Shown piece by piece: positions 42,301 through 57,013 of a stretch of 64,000 nucleotides of DNA. Source of the DNA: Chrysomallon squamiferum (lineage: Eukaryota; Animalia; Mollusca); NCBI GenBank assembly GCA_012295275.1, contig CM022673.1:19964001-20028000 (forward strand). Reading direction: 5' to 3'. The notes below the pieces were generated by a model, which was given only the letters and a program-made list of their open reading frames with translations, made no database searches and had not been told where the DNA came from. Every line of letters begins with the position of its first letter. Position 1 is the stretch's first letter. The translations under genes and the position numbers were made by a program.

Positions 42301-45300
42301 CAAATGAAATTTGAAAAATGAAAAAGAAATAATGTAATATATTCAGCGATGACCGATTTGAAAAGCTATCGCCCTTTGTCAAGCATTTTGGCTTTTCCGT
42401 TACATTATAGCGTGGTTATAGTTAGTGCTGGTTTAGAGTGGAGGTTCGTCAGCACATTATATTTTAGCATTGGTTTCTGATATCAGGAAGAATGGAAACA
42501 ATCAGTTATAATGTCATACCCAATCAAATTTTAAAATATCAGCAGCGGGAGAGTTCGTAGGGTGTCTATGTCACAGCATTATGCTTTGAAAGAGGAACTT
42601 AGAAATGCTTGTTTATCGATATGACGGACGAAATATTCTTACCAGATGCTAAGCAGCCTAGGATTAACAAATAAGCATAATAAATATATGGTTAGGGCAC
42701 CAAGTGAACGGATGCAAGTGTTTTATCCCTTTCTTTAATGTGCTGAATTATTTCACCGAAAGACACGACTTTAATCAAACCATGTTAATTTCTTTTATAA
42801 CTTTGCTCTTCCAGACTCCCGCTTCATATGAAATCAGTTCTGAGTTATAGTGAATTGCGGTGTAGGAAAAAATCGAAAATAATTAATATATATCACACGG
42901 CGTAAGCATCGTTGTTCAATTTGCACACACCTTTACCACATCGCGAAAATATTTAAGGTAATTCAATTAAACACGAGCTACAAAATAAAAATCTCCTTAT
43001 CATCGAAAGTTTAATTACAAAATTACAAATATCTTTTTGTTTGTGTATGCCTATGTCTATGTATGTATACCTAAATGTGTCTGTGAGTGTAAATATGTGT
43101 AAGTGGCTATACGTGTGCTTTTCTGTCCATAGGATATACAAAAAAAAAAGGAATACATGCACGTTGTTAATTGAATACTAATAAAATGTTTTGCCACCAG
43201 TTAATGTAAATTATTAACTGATGTACACTAATACTCTAATTAAATCAAGAATACTTTAATATTATCATCATCATTACTGGTGTTGTCATCACTGCTGTTA
43301 TATTAACAACAACATTAGCAGCAGCATCATTATTTATTTATCCATTCACCCGTTTATTCATTCTTTTATTCATTCATTCATTTATATTTTTTGTACTGTG
43401 TATATACGTTAGTCGTGTCTGCTGCTCAGATTAATGTACTATTATGATATGGATACCTGAAAATGTTGTAAGCTTTAATTTTATTCTATTTATTGTTTCT
43501 GAATATCAAAGTTATTGAAAATGGATTTATTTATTTTTATTCTTTAATTTTTTTCTTTCTTTCTTTCTTTTTTCCCCTTTTTTTAAATTTTCTTTTTTGT
43601 TACCTTTATTTTGTCTTTTTTTTAAATTTTATTTATTTATTTACATATTTACTTTTTTATTGTCTTTAAATTACATTTTTGCTGAAGACAGTACTGACTT
43701 CAGTACGGTAATGTTGGATTTCATGATGACAAATGTAAAGCTTTAAAAATCATCAAACTCATCCTTAACTTTTATACTGCTTTCGGAACGAAACAAACAT
43801 AAAAAATAGTTCTTTAATAACAGTAAATGAACTTGTATATATCAGAATTTTTATTTGAATTTTTTTTATACGTTATAATAATAATATATGTAAATTGTTA
43901 ATTGGTGTAATCTATTAGTTTAATTAAATAAAGAATAGTTATTATTATTATTATTATTATTATTATTGGTAGCAGTAGTAGTAGTGGTACTATGTTGTTT
44001 ATCAAATACCAGGTGTGTGTTTGAATCACAGAAAGTGACTAAGAATGTCAATGAAAACCGTTGTCCTTACATGATACATATTTTTGTGATCTCTAAGCTA
44101 GGAGTGTGTGCTTATCATTTTAATTTACAAAATACGATTGTTTTGGCCACTGAACATTTCATTTTTACAAGTTTCGAAAAATTAAAGGGTACGTTTACTA
44201 TTTCTATCACTGCTATCTCCACCACTAACAGTGGTACCATAACAATTCAAATCTTATAAATTACCACCCTTATTTCTACTACTACAACAGTTACTACTAG
44301 TTTCGTAAATTTGGGACTTTTAATATGAAAAAACGGGTTAGCTGACATTATTAAATCTTGAGCTAACGTTGCCGGAAATGGAAAGTATGTGCAGCCGCGG
44401 TACACTTGCGAAATCTAATCACACAAAATTCATATTACTACAAGAACATATTAATAACTTGGCAAATTCCTTCCCGTAAATTACTGGAACCAACACACTA
44501 ACAGACATGTCATGCATGCCTATTTATCTAACTCAGGCAGCAATAGCAGTTGTTCTCTTTGAGGAACTTGAAATAGATGATGATTTTCGTACGAAACTTC
44601 GAGAAAGCTGTTAAAGATGACGACCACATCACAATCGCTGGATACAGCATTTAACATACGTAAAATCTGTTTCCATGTATCTCCAGCAGCTGTCCAGGAA
44701 GTATGACAAGGTGACAATTACAACATAATCAGGATCTAAAAACTCTTGATCTGTCTGACAATCCATTCAGTTTTGTCTTCGGGGCCTGATGTGTTAGGTT
44801 CAGTTATCACAGATAAAAATGCTATCAACTGTTATTATGAAGTAGAGATTACCTCAGAGGCAATGAAGAAGTTAACAAACAGCTGCATCTCACATATACT
44901 GTTCTTTCGCAGCTAATTATAACTTCGTAACAGCAATATGCAATATAGTTGTGTTATAAAATAAGATACAAATCTGAGTTTATGCTTTCAGTAAGAACTA
45001 GACTGAGTGAGAAAGACATTCATTTACCCATTTTGCTGAATCAGCTTGCTCAATTTGCTCAAATTGATGATTACCTGTACATCAAACATGTCCATTGCTG
45101 TCGAAATAAGAAATTCATATTAAAACATTCATTTTTCACTGGACCAAAACCACTATTACTACTTCTGTTTCTTCTCTTACTTATTATTATTGTTGTGATT
45201 GTCTTGCATGCTAATAATGAGATAATTAAAATAGCTGTTATCGTTAAGGGATGTTATGAAAAACTGACTAATTCCGAATGGCCAGCTGTTATTGCTAATG

Positions 45301-46305
45301 AATTGTTGATTATTCAGGTATCATCTGTTTAATCAATTGAACATCTAACTGTGTACACATGCACACAAATGTACACTCATAAAAATTACATACATACTCA
45401 CATATAAAAAGACACGCACACATGCACCCATACATGCACACATATCCATATTAAATCTCATTCATATACATATTTTCTCAATATCATATATTTATTTATT
45501 TATTAGTTTAATACATACATATACTAACAAAATATATTCACAAAACAAGAATCAATGAATACTCAGATGCATGCATTCACAGTTATTTTATACATATTCA
45601 AAACATTTAAACAAATACATACATACATACATACATACATATACATATACATATATTTATGCATATACATACATAATACAAAATATATATATATATATTG
45701 TCTCTGGGAATTCATACTGAAATGTTATTTATAATAATAAGATAATCTATTTTTAATCAACAGCTCTTGTTGATCTTCTGCATAATCTGGAATATCCATA
45801 AGGATATGAAAGAAAAAGGAGAATATGTTTTGTATTGTTCTGATGATTAGCTCATGTTTTCTACAACCTTTCAGTATCCACTGCACCTATTAAACTACAA
45901 AATAAATTACAAAACATTACTAGAATTATAAAAATATATTTCCATATGATATATAAGTAATATATTTTAGCAATAAGTATACTAGCAATACTTTATATTA
46001 TATTTATCTTTAACAATGTGTTTGAAGGTGTATGTGTCTGTTTATCTATATGCATGTAAGAGTATTAGGAGCAGGAGATGAAAAGTAATATTTGCATTTT
46101 TCTTACATATGTTCAGATAGATGTGTCAGCATTACTGTATATTGCTAAACAAATTATTGTTCATAATTGTATTTAAAAATCTCTCTCTCTCTTTCTGCTT
46201 AAATTTAGTTTTTTCGAAAAAATATAAACAAAACAAAACAAAACAAACCATGAAAAAGACTCAGAAAGCAAATGGAAATAATAATAATAATAATAAATGA
46301 TGATG

Positions 46306-46363
<58 letters not shown>

Positions 46364-46872
46364 GTAAAAACCTCGCAAAGTAATAAAAGGATAATTCCTT
46401 CTATAGATTTCAATTTCAGTTTAGTTTTCAGTTTCTTTTGTCGCGTGTGACTTGTGATTCAGCTTGACATTTTGTCTAAAACAGAATATATTTTGAGATG
46501 CTGATAATATTATAATATTCAACAATAACAAAACAAGCTTTCACTGACTGCTGTTTCATACTACAAACATAAATACCATTAAAGTTTTTTACAGAGCGGT
46601 AGTTCATACTGTAATAAAATACTACATTCTTTCACAAGTATACTTACTTTTACAAACTAAATATTGTCACTTGTGCCTTCAATCCCACATACCCACATCC
46701 AAGCGCACGCATACAGGTACACGGACACACTCTCTCACATATATACATATATATATATACATACACACACACATGCACACACACACACACACATACACTA
46801 AATGTCTGTCTACAACAAACCAAGATACAACATACGTACATACACAGTTTAAAACCCAAGAAATATTTTTAA

Positions 46873-47546
46873 TTATTGCTGTTCCGATCGTAAAGTATTT
46901 GTTGTCGGAGAAATAGTTGAATCTGACGTTGTTATTGTAAATGCTAACTCTGACGTTGTCTGAAGATTCTGACTATCAATTTCACGTTCAGTAGTTATCA
47001 TAATCTCTTCTGCAGCGATAGAACTTGCTGGTGAGCTGTTCCCACTGGATTCTCCCTGTTCGTATAAAGTGGGCAGGTCAGGAGAATAACTTGTACCTAC
47101 AGTACATAAATTATAAATGTTTCGATCAATAGTCAGATTTGATAAACAAAAATACATTCTGTAATATGTGCGTATAATTTATACGTAATTGTGGTATGTA
47201 TATATGTTAGGATTTGAACATTCTCTGTCTTAGGTATGAGCTGATTAGACTTTGCACGTAGACAATTTTCGGGAACGCACTGGCACAGGATGACAAAGTC
47301 GAATCACGACCTCACAAACCCCGTCAGATACCGCTGACGATAATAGAATGTATGGTACCCATTCGTCCGATACCGTTCGGCCATCAAGACAATCTTATGT
47401 ATGTATGCAGGATGTAGATATTAGGTATGTCTGTATTATATGTATTTGTATACGTTTTATATATATATATATATATATATATGGATGGATGGATGGATGG
47501 ATGGATGTATGTATGTAATATATTGGTATGGATAACATCTAGGTAA

Positions 47547-47623
<77 letters not shown>

Positions 47624-48555
47624 TATTGTGCATCCGTTTGTTTTTAATGTGTGCATACATGTGTTAAGATATGTATTTATGTTGAATGCATGTTTGTTTG
47701 ATTGTGTGAGTATCGAAATAACGTTCAGAGGCAAGGCACTTTCACAAATAGACCGATTATTCCGATTCCATTGTGTAAGAATAACGAATATCCATGATCT
47801 TACAGGTACCTATTCGAGCAAAATTCGCCAATAGTTTAATAATATTATAACACAGATAAGTAACAGTAATTAGTTATTCACAAAATCCGCGCATTCTCGA
47901 AACATTTCTACTGTTGAGACAGAAACATTTGGTGGCTATGATTTTATAAGTTGTATATGCGTTAGTTATTTTTAACTGTTGAGTAGTCTGTGTATGTTAC
48001 GTATGAAGTCTGTGCTCGATTAATTATAATAACAACAATAACAATAATAATGATAACAACAATACCAGCAATAATAATAATAATAATAATAACAACAATA
48101 ATAAAAATAATAGGTTCATAAGTACGTTTTATTTTGTTTTGTGGGGTTTTTTTTGTTGTTGGGATTTTTTTGTTTGTTTTGTTTATTTTTATTATTATTT
48201 TTATTATGCGTGTGCTTCTATATAAGTTTAAGTACATAAATAAAATACAACCAATCTACTCCAGATCGAAATCTATTTAATCTTATAAAAATCGTAAGAT
48301 ACTTACCAAGCTGGTAAACGTTTTGAAAGATTTCAAAAATAGTGCCGCCTAGCATCGGAACTAGTCTGACGAAGTCGGCTCGTATCATTTTCACGAGTTC
48401 TTTCCCGCCAACGCCTTCAAAAGCCGTCTGCAACCGTTGTTTCTCTTCTGCACCAAGGTTTTTTACTTTGACTATGTAATCTATCCAGCTGCACACTTCC
48501 GCTGGCGTCCAGTGGTCTGGATGCAAGACCGTCCAGCGGAGGTCACCCCGTGTAT
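46873..48555 (-). CDS. SAM/Pointed (PNT) domain protein of ESE type with no detectable ETS domain; 5' end unresolved
   Basis: Exon 48555-48307 (249 nt, phase 1-1, cag/gtaagt) encodes [20 protein letters not shown]...[33 protein letters not shown], a PNT signature. It joins in frame to exon 47096-46873 (tgtag acceptor; Ser/Thr-rich tail ending TAA). No start-codon exon was found. Confidence 0.7.
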
Positions 48556-49108
48556 CTGACCCCAAAACGACAATAAATAAATAAATAAATAAACAACTGT
48601 AATAAACAAAATTATTACGAATGTGCCAGAGCTATTTCTAAACCCAAGGTCAGAAAAAACTTTACGTCCCCTTTCAAAAAAGGTGTTCAATTGTTCTGGT
48701 TATATGTTGTCTGGCATCGCTAAGCTGATAAGAGGCAGTACGTTCCCTTCGGCTGGAAAAATGCTGACTTCATGAGCACTGAACAAATAGAACCCGCTGA
48801 TGACCATACACTGCCCATTTCAATCCCGAACGACGATTTTGCGTTGTCGTTAGTGGTACATGGACATCGTGGGTGTGCCTGTTCTTTGCTTGTCTTACAT
48901 CTGCTAATGGTGCCTGTAACATTGCTGATTATACCAATATGGGAAGATGGTTGTACCATACCCACGGTAAGGTGTCCTTGTGGTATTCCTTTGGTGAACT
49001 TTTGTAACTGTGGATGTGTGACATTTACAGTTCACATTATTTCTTCCTTTCGGTTTTATTTTATTTAGTTACACCGTATTCGAAACTTAATTAATTTATA
49101 GTTATTGC

Positions 49109-49168
<60 letters not shown>

Positions 49169-49740
49169 TTCTCTTTCAGTTATATAAACAGTATATCTTT
49201 TATTATTTCCTTGATATATGTCCACTAAATAAATATTTAAAGTCATTTATTACTATTTTAGAGCCGCGCCATCTTGCTGTTATACTGATAATTCTGTAAA
49301 TATTCATGATGTTATAAAAAGTCTGTTAATAAAAATGTTTCACTTTTCAGAGAAAACTATTTATTATTCATTACTTAGAATTTTTGTTTAAAAATATAAT
49401 ATTGTCAAAATAAAAATAATAGATGAAATAAGAAAAAAAATTCGGAAGGCTGAATAAATCAATAAATGACAGAACAAAAGAATCTATGTGTGAATGATGA
49501 GTGAACGAGTGAATGCTGAACCGATACGCAGTAATATATATATTTTTTACTTTTAAATAAATTTTAATTCTATCTTACCTCTATCCAGTTCTTGAGATTT
49601 CCTCTCTGCGTAAATAATGAGGTGTTTTCAAATAATTTCAGAGTTGCATTGTGGTAAGATATACAAATATCTTTTTGCAAAACGTAATCAAGGAAGGTAA
49701 CTTGGATAGGTTTGAATAAGTTCATATTTTTTAATAGGGA

Positions 49741-49941
49741 AGGTGGGACTGTGACTTATAATTGGCTCGGTACAGATTAGGGAAAACCCCGATATTCTAT
49801 CAACATCCTCAGTTATTATTAAAATAGATACCAGGTAATATACTTTTCAAGAACGCAACACTTATTTTTAACCACAGTTACGCTGTTAGTGATATCTGGG
49901 AGAAAAAACAATAACAAACAAACAACAACAACCAGGAAGTG
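49741..49941 (-). promoter_or_regulatory. Candidate promoter of the PNT-only unit
   Basis: GGGAAAACCCC (kB-like, 49780-49790), ATTGG (CCAAT on minus, 49761) and CAGGAAGTG (ETS site, 49933-49941). A minus-strand donor GAG|GTAAGA lies at 49579/49578. Confidence 0.4.
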
Positions 49942-50572
49942 GTCCAAACGGTCATCGCCCTTTTCAACAAAATATTGCTCCAAATAAAAGAATATGTGAA
50001 CTAAATATTACTGAAATGTGTTCCGGGTCTATGAAAAACAGATGCACATGTTTAAGATTATTATGATATTTGTTAACAAGTTTTTTTATTATTATTTATT
50101 TTATTATTATTTATTAAGTTTACAGATTTTTCTTAGGCTGTTCCGAGATAAATACTAGTTTGATTTAGTTACAGATGTCATCAAAGAAAGAAAGAAAAAT
50201 ACAAAAACAAGAATAACGTTTAAAAATTAATAATATTAATAAAGACGGTAAGGATGATTATGATGATGACACTGATAGCTTCGTCTGTGTATATACCGTG
50301 AGTTAAGTCTTGGTATGTATGTATACATGGCATTAGGACCACAGATCAGATAATAATCAGTTATTATCTCATTCATGTTATACATTTGTTTATTTGACGA
50401 TGTAGATAAATATATTTGATAGTTTTGTTATTCATAGATATCAGTATACAATAAATGTATGAAAAAGAAAATACGAATAATATACATGCATCATACATAT
50501 ATATACATAGATGTATATACGCACATATATACAGATATATATATATATGTATGTATGTATCTATTATGGGTA

Positions 50573-51370
50573 CAGTGGACTGTTAAAACCGACCTTACTG
50601 TGTAAACCGGCAACATTTCAAAATCTTATCCAGCTATCGTAAATCGTTTATTTAACAAAGCCTCGTCTAATGCAGATACTGTCTTCTTCGGATTCCTGGT
50701 GTAAATTCCAGAAAAAAAGAGAAGTTGTACTGTTATTTGTTTTGTCGACAGCGGCACACATTTTTCCAAGTACGATCACTTCTTAAACAACGACCACAAT
50801 TTGCATATAAATTAGACAACCGCGTGAGATGAAATCACCGCTCTTCTTTGAAGAACAAACAGTGATGATGCCATACTTCTTGTATTTACTATTTGCAGGT
50901 AGATGAATAAGATTATTATTAGTGTATACCAGTATCTATAGATGAAATTCAGTCATTTAGATTTTGTGGCAGTTTATGATAGGAGAACAGACAGTATCTG
51001 ACCATTATCAGAATTTACGAAACCAAAATTTCGGTAGAGAAAATTAGTAACGAATGGCAAATTCAAAAGTCTGAATGGATTGATCATACACACAATGACC
51101 ACAAAACTAAACTTTCGTACACAGAGATTCTTAAAATATTAAAACAAATTAAATATTTTGCTGTTGCTACCGATGTTTTGCAACCGATGTTAACCATGGA
51201 GGCCACGACCGAGGAGTTTGCATTGGAGAGAAATATGAAGAAATGCAGTCATCAGTGACATACCGTTTCTCAGCTGACACTGGATAGATGTGTAACAAAA
51301 CGTATTCCAATTTCATATCATTTTAATCTTTATAAACCGACACTCTGTCTAAAACGACATATCTTGTTGG
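50573..51370 (+). mobile_element. Probable Tigger-like DNA transposon remnant
   Basis: Begins TA|CAGTGGAC with subterminal TAAACCGAC/TAAACCGGC motifs that recur at 51333-51358. The right TIR is not recognisable and a CA tract sits there. Confidence 0.4.
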
Positions 51371-52615
51371 TTACACACACTCACGCACGCACGCACCCCA
51401 CACACACACGTACACACACAAATCCGATATCTCTTCCAGTAAAGCCAGAATCAAAGCAGTTGCAAATTACTGCGATTACAAAATAAATACCAGACATTTC
51501 AAGAGAGAAAATATCAAGAAAAGACAATATATCTAAAGAGGGCAAATCAACAAAGCAAAATGTTTATAGTGAAGGAGCGAAAAATCTAGCCATCGGCGTC
51601 TTGCCCTGTTCTTACATCAACACGTTAATCAATTTTTTTGGCAAATGTTGGGGAAAATATTAATGGTACTTTACATCAATGAACAACTGAAACGTTTGGT
51701 TTCATTTTCTATATAGACAATAACTTTAAATAAACAGAACAATGGATTTAGTCTGTAATTGTCATTCAGGGGACTTAATGTTTACTAATGTTGCTAAAAC
51801 TGGTTCAGTCTACAGTTTGGCTTTCAACTCAGAAAAGGTTGCCGGCCCCTTGTTATGTGTTCATTATAAACGTGAATACATCAGTAAGCACTTCTATCTG
51901 GTGTACATATCATGAATTAGACAGTATATTTAACTGCAAGTAAGAATAATGAAGGGAAAAGGAAAGATGTGTAATATTACAAAAGGCCTTCAAATTGATT
52001 CCAGAGAACATGTATGACTTTATTTTAAAAAAAAAAGTTCTTCATTCCACAAGAATCATAAAAAAAAAATTAAAAAAATGTGCATGTTGTTTTAAAATGT
52101 ACAATGAAGTTTTTAAAGACTGTAACTTTTGTTTAATGTGAATATTTAATGTTAAAACAGGCAGTTTTAATTAAAATTAAATCATGTTTTGTTCTGTAGC
52201 AAGATAATAATAATAATAATAATAAATGTTTATTTATCCTTATTTCGAGTTTAGATAATCTTTATTGTTATTGTTCAGTGTGGTTAGTTGTTGAAGAATT
52301 ACTTCCTCTGTTAATTAAGTAACTTTTATTGATACTAATTAAAACTGGTATTAATCTCAGAGAGCTAGTTAAAATATTTTAGTTAACCTGGCCTAATATA
52401 ATGTTTTAATAACTGATAATTAAACATTAGGCCATTTTATATTTTTATTTTAGTTCAAGTAATTAATCAACTGCTTAATCTGTTTTTTTGTTGTTTCTTG
52501 TTACTGTAATTTTTACCCCCTTTAGCACGTTTCATTATTCACAGGATAATTCAATTTAATTACCAGTAATAAATAAAGAGTTATTTGCATTTTTAAGATA
52601 TGCATAGAGACATAT

Positions 52616-52665
<50 letters not shown>

Positions 52666-52996
52666 AATAAATAAATAAATAAATAAATAATTAATTAAGA
52701 ATACTAAGAATATTATCAAATTTTATCTCCAAATGAGTAATTATTTTTAATGACTAACAAAGCACAACCTTTAATAACAAGCATTTTATTTACTGTTTCA
52801 AATACGCAAGAACATTCTTATCTAAGTTTATGTTTAAATACATATTTATTTATTTTTATTTTTATGTTTAGTATTTTTATCCTAAACCAACCACCTTCTT
52901 CATTTTAATTATTTTTATGAAATTTGTTTTCATATGAGTTTTACATTATTTCAAATCCTGAGTGACGTCGGTGTGTTTTGTTTTCACTATACATGT

Positions 52997-53090
<94 letters not shown>

Positions 53091-53475
53091 TTAAATAAAA
53101 ATGAGTTGATCAAAAGATCATATACGCTAATATATTTTATTTTGATTTATTTATTTACATACTTACTTACTTATTTAATTATTTTTGTTTTACCTTTTTC
53201 TGATGTAACTAAATTAAAATTATGATATATTGTTTTGTAATAAGCATGAACTGAAAACACCAATAATTAATAAGTAAATGTTTTTATTTATTTAAGAAAT
53301 AATAATTTGAGAATCAGTATCACTTAAAAGTGTTAAGACGTATTATCTTTTTATATTCGAATTAGTGGCAAGATATTATGATTATAATTTAATATTAAAT
53401 TTTTCTCTCTTATTTAAAGCAAAAATAAAACATTTTCCAAAAGAAATAATAATAAATAATAAATAAATAAATATA

Positions 53476-53507
<32 letters not shown>

Positions 53508-53844
53508 AATAATAATAGTGAAAACATTAAAGAAATAATGAACAAATAAAATAATTAATGAACGAACGAATGAATAAACAATAAATGAATGAATGTATGA
53601 ACAATCTTCTAGCCGGGGTGACTAGAATAAAAACTGACTTATTCGGGTAATAATAAGAATGATAACTGATATTGATGATGATTGTGATTATGATTATGAT
53701 AACGATGATTTTATTAATTTTTTCATATGAGGATACATAGAGATAACTAATTCCATAGATCTATTTATTTTTCTTTAAATACTCCTTTAAATAAGTAAAA
53801 ATAAAGTGTAACACCAAATAAATGAATAGATAAATTATTGTTGT

Positions 53845-53898
<54 letters not shown>

Positions 53899-54276
53899 CA
53901 TAATCATAATCATAATCATAAATCATTTAAATTTATAAGTTTTCTTTGTTTATAGACACACTGTTTGTAAATCTGCCTCGTTCTGTTTATTCCGAAGGAT
54001 TCATTTTCCAAAATGAATAAATTGTAATATTTTGAAGCTGAAGAAAGCTACATTTTATTTGTGAAATCACTTCAGTTAAAATATTATTGTTGCGTGGAAT
54101 GAAAGTTTTGAATTTGTTTGGTAACACTATAACCATTAACAAACACGATAATCCATCTTTGTCAGCAAAGCACAATTTTGTATTTCTAAAAGTAAGTCCG
54201 GTGATTTCACAGCAACTGTGTTTAAAAAGACAGCAACGTAACGACTGATTTTATGGTTGAGTTTTTTAAATATGCA

Positions 54277-55006
54277 TCACTTCCAGCCATGTGCCCTCGG
54301 GCCAAACTGAAAACATAATTTTTTTGGATAACCTCTGTGTTTGGGAAGATCAACGAAGTAGCCTTCTTTTCTCGAATATCTGAAAGTTATTATTAAAATA
54401 ATTATAGAACAATATTCTGACGTCATTAATTATTATTTATAATGCGTACGTCTATACTCAGTAAGCATTATATCCCAAAATAAGCTGATATTTTTAATGT
54501 TTGGTTAATATCTTGTTCTTTTTTTCTGGGATGGGTGGCTTATGTAGTTGTTGAAATTTTATTTATTTGCTTTATTTATATTTTATTATATTTCATTAAT
54601 ATATGTTTCTGTTAGTGACGATGAAATTTATTTTCCAGTTTCTTGTTAATTGATAAAATGGGGGTAATAGCATATGGCTCTAAATACCTATTTGTCATAA
54701 ATGAGTATATTCAATCAACGAAGAGAGAACTTACCGTATTGACCTGCTCATTTTTTCATAGGTCATTGGTTTCTTATTTTTCTTCTTTTTACCCCAGAGC
54801 TTGGCGACATCACTGGAATTAATTACTCTAAAAACACCTTCAGTTTTGTTCTCCCATTTTATTAAATGTCCACAAGTTTTCGGATCCACCAACAGATCAC
54901 GAATAAATTCCCAAAGATGCAGCACATTTGAAGCTGCAAGATAATATATATATATATTATATAATTTGAAACAAAGTTACTTGTTATTTCTTTTTAGTAA
55001 AGACAT

Positions 55007-55053
<47 letters not shown>

Positions 55054-55788
55054 TTTTATTATTATTTTATTATTATTATATTACTACTGCTACTGCATCT
55101 ACGACTAATACTACTACCACTGCTCTATCATTTCTGCTGCTACAATTAGTTTTGTTATTAATATTTTAATTGCAAAGTTACTTTATGTGTCGTAATTTTC
55201 AGTTAACCAGTGTGGCATTCTTTTCCGACTGAGATAGTTATATTTCGTTTTATTTCCTCTTTTATTTATTTTTTATCTTTCATCATCTTCTAATATTTTT
55301 TTATTTTATTATTTTCAGCAGAAAGATTTCGCTATCGTTTCTACTGACCAGTCTAATAGTTCTACAGACACTCTGTATTATAGTCGGAGGACAAACTGTA
55401 CAGCGATAAATTCATAGCTGATAAAAAAATAAATATAAAAAACCCACTAACTTTGTCCCTTCTTTCGGCCGGGTTTCTTTTTTTGAGTTGGAAAGTTAAG
55501 TGATGAAGAACTGGCTAACACTGAATGCATTGGCTGACAATGGTCAAGATGATGATCAGCTTCAGACAGGTCATCGGAGTAATTTAATGAACATCTGTTT
55601 AAGACAAACTCGTTTCCACCACCACACCCATCTGATCCAAGCTCACTTGATTCATCTGCGGTATTAAAAAACAATAATTAAAAGATAGATTTCCATCTTG
55701 ATTCAAAGTAATAAGTAATGTTTAGTTATAATATTATATTTATATATAAAAAGAAAACATATTACTGTATTAATATCGTATTACTTCT

Positions 55789-55824
<36 letters not shown>

Positions 55825-55954
55825 AACCAATTTTAAAACAAAGTGATACTTAGGAAAAAAAAAAAAAACATTTCAGCAAATAAAATAATTCAAAAGCACT
55901 GACTTGAAAATCAAATAAAGTAAATTATAACACAAATTTTAGTAAGCAAATCAA

Positions 55955-56005
<51 letters not shown>

Positions 56006-56328
56006 CGTAAAAGAAGTCTCACCAGACACATCGGTAAAATCTTCGTTAGAAATCGGACTATTTTCGTCGTACGGAAATCCAGAAGTTTTTTCGGAATCTA
56101 GATCGATAGTTTCCGTAATCTTCATTTCCGACATCTCTAGATCGTGCCAATCCAGCTGAGACATTGTCTGATAGGTGATGCAAAGATCGTTTAAATCTGG
56201 CGTTCGAAAGGGAGGAGGGAAAATCAAAGAATTAATTTTTTAAGTAAAATAGGATTTACTTGTTTCATCCTACTTCGCTTCAAGTTTCAACAAGGAAGTT
56301 TGATGTTATAATCACCGTATATATATAT

Positions 56329-56414
<86 letters not shown>

Positions 56415-56955
56415 TTAGTAAACAGGAAAACACTATAGACAGCATTTAAATATTTTCATGTCATTTAACGCCATACATCGCCCGGGGTATGCTGGTCAGA
56501 TGTACTCACTTCTTCGACTATACGACTGCCACACAACTCTGTTATTAAATGCAGAGATGGACTTTCCTGTATATTAAAAAAATGTATTAGAAAATATATA
56601 TTTGCTGCTAATAAAATAGCCTTCTGCAACTTACCATCTTGCAAATTCTTGTTATTTTCTTGATGGCTTGCATGATTCAACAGGTTTTCCTCCCTCAAGT
56701 TCTGTCTGTCACCAGACACAGCTACACTCATATCTAGCTCAGCTGATCTGCTAAACTGTCCATGCAGTACGGGATCAGGAAAAGAAGAATGTTCCGGGTA
56801 CAAGTTTATCTGAAGTAGGAAGTACAATGTAACACGGTTACGACCAGGTAAAATGCAAATTAGGTTAGTAGATTTATAATATCACAAGTCAGTAAACTGT
56901 TATTATGTATATATCTCTGTACATTTCTACTTTCATTTAGCAGTTTTTGTTCGTT

Positions 56956-57013
<58 letters not shown>

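Noticed and set aside
45730-45886. Minus-strand 53-codon open stretch after an AG (VQWILKGCRKHELII...) as a further exon of the PNT unit
   Set aside because: It lies beyond the stop at 46873, has no ETS or other recognisable motif, and no coding donor links to it.
48772-49068. 98-aa plus-strand ORF and overlapping 81-aa minus-strand ORF as genes
   Set aside because: No recognisable domain and no consistent splice partners; kept only as an unexplained block in the findings.
56465-56827. 120-aa ORF as a single exon or gene
   Set aside because: Better explained as exon 56809-56635 read through a 68-nt GT-AG intron; the next exon is used in a different frame.
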